Shown: positions 29,579 to 32,000 of the stretch, piece by piece
How positions within the stretch are numbered: the first letter of the stretch is position 1
Layout: every line of letters starts with the position of its first letter
Assembly (NCBI RefSeq): GCF_001458695.1
Contig: NZ_LN885086.1
Location: forward strand, 2,760,001 to 2,792,000
Origin: Candidatus Nitrospira inopinata
GTDB lineage: Bacteria; Nitrospirota; Nitrospiria; Nitrospirales; Nitrospiraceae
Length of the DNA stretch: 32,000 nt
Direction: 5' to 3'
The notes under the pieces: model-generated
Told to the model about the DNA's origin: nothing
What the model saw: only the letters and a program-made list of their open reading frames with translations
The model's database searches: none
Program-made: the position numbers and the translations under genes

Positions 29579-30480
29579 AGCCTGTTTCCGCAATCGTCAT
29601 TTACGAAGGCGAAAATGCCCGCGTCGAGGTGCGCATCGAGCATGACAACGTCTGGCTGAACCTGCAACAGGTGGCGGACCTGTTCGGTCGCGACAAGTCG
29701 GTGATCTCGCGGCATCTGAAAAACATCTTCGACACCAAGGAGTTGGAGCGCGACTCAGTTGTTGCAAAAAATGCAACAACTGCCGCCGATGGCAAGACCT
29801 ACCTCGTCGATTACTACAACCTCGACGCCATCATTTCGGTAGGGTACCGGGTCAACTCCACCCGTGCCACCCGCTTTCGCCAATGGGCCACGCGCGTGCT
29901 GCGTGAGCATCTGACAAAGGGATACACGCTCAACCGTCAGCGCTTCGAGCAAAACGCTCGGGAACTGGAAGCCACACTGGCGCTGGTGCGCAAGGCCGCA
30001 GCCGGCGAGGTGTTGACGACCGATCAAGGGCGCGGGCTGGTGGATATTATCGCCCGCTACACACAGACCTTCCTCCTGCTGCAGCACTATGACGAGGGGC
30101 TGCTCGCCGAGCCGAAGGGCGTGCCCGGTGGCGTGTTGCCAACGGCACAGGTGGCGCGCGCCGCGATCGCGCGGCTCAAGGCCGAACTCATCCAGCGCGG
30201 CGAGGCGAGCGAACTGTTCGGCCGCGAGCGGGACAACGGGCTTACCGCGCTACTCGGGAATCTGGACCAGACGGTGCTCGGCGCACCCGCGTACCCGACC
30301 ATCGAATCGAAAGCGGCGCACCTTCTGTATTTCGTGATCAAGGACCACCCGTTTGTCGATGGCAACAAACGCATCGGCTCGTTCTTGTTCGTCGAATTTC
30401 TGGACCGCAACGGCCGCCTCTTCCGCGACGGCGAACCGGTGATCACGACATGGGGCTGGCGGCGCTCGCGCTGCTGGTAG
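29575..30480 (+). CDS. RhuM-family N-terminal domain fused to a Fic/Doc domain; 3' frameshift
   Basis: The RhuM-like N-terminus is [27 protein letters not shown]...[25 protein letters not shown]. The Doc-type Fic motif is [11 protein letters not shown]. After about 30447 the adjacent frame reads [33 protein letters not shown] and ends at 30548. Confidence 0.8.
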   Translation: MKPVSAIVIYEGENARVEVRIEHDNVWLNLQQVADLFGRDKSVISRHLKNIFDTKELERDSVVAKNATTAADGKTYLVDYYNLDAIISVGYRVNSTRATRFRQWATRVLREHLTKGYTLNRQRFEQNARELEATLALVRKAAAGEVLTTDQGRGLVDIIARYTQTFLLLQHYDEGLLAEPKGVPGGVLPTAQVARAAIARLKAELIQRGEASELFGRERDNGLTALLGNLDQTVLGAPAYPTIESKAAHLLYFVIKDHPFVDGNKRIGSFLFVEFLDRNGRLFRDGEPVITTWGWRRSRCW

Positions 30481-30550
30481 CGGAGTCCGCCCCCAAGGAC
30501 AAGGAGATAATGATCCGCCTCGTGATGAACATGCTCGCGGAGTCGTAGCC

Positions 30551-32000
<1,450 letters not shown>

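Overview
This is a 32-kb window from a moderately GC-rich bacterial chromosome. It has no rRNA and no CRISPR array. I cannot assign a taxon from the sequence alone.

Left ~23 kb, core-like genes:
- A minus-strand Moco operon (moaC, a fused moaD-moaE, moaA) followed by a His-rich NiCoT nickel/cobalt permease.
- A decayed, AT-richer patch holding an amidohydrolase relic, then a DUF4255-like ORF and a frameshifted DUF5674-like ORF.
- skp, a PA0069-type radical-SAM gene and serS.
- Two tRNA-Ser genes bracketing three orphan ORFs.
- FKBP and cyclophilin PPIases, an MFS transporter and a Memo-like gene.
- A tightly packed minus-strand operon (16.2-23.3 kb). It encodes an oversized GlmL/MutL-type ASKHA ATPase, two soluble unknowns and four membrane proteins, with no B12 mutase nearby. 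It is driven by a near-consensus sigma70 promoter.

Right ~8.6 kb (23.4 kb to the window end), visibly more GC-rich: a Type I R-M operon (hsdM, hsdS, hsdR) that has become a nested cargo island.
- A DUF4258/Zn-ribbon TA pair, a REP-associated tyrosine transposase (RAYT), an AAA+/DUF4143/PD-(D/E)xK ATPase and a RhuM-Fic/Doc gene are wedged between the hsd genes.
- Each cargo block is bracketed by a duplicated, diverged copy of an hsd gene end. There is one extra hsdM 3' end and two extra hsdR 5' ends, one of them fused to an hsdS-type tail.
- Two families of palindromic repeats sit in frame inside hsdM, hsdR and the RAYT gene: a nested CCCTCTCCC/GGGAGAGGG hairpin and GTAG-headed REP-like hairpins.

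hsdR runs off the window end, so it is missing from the supplied ORF track; I translated it by hand.
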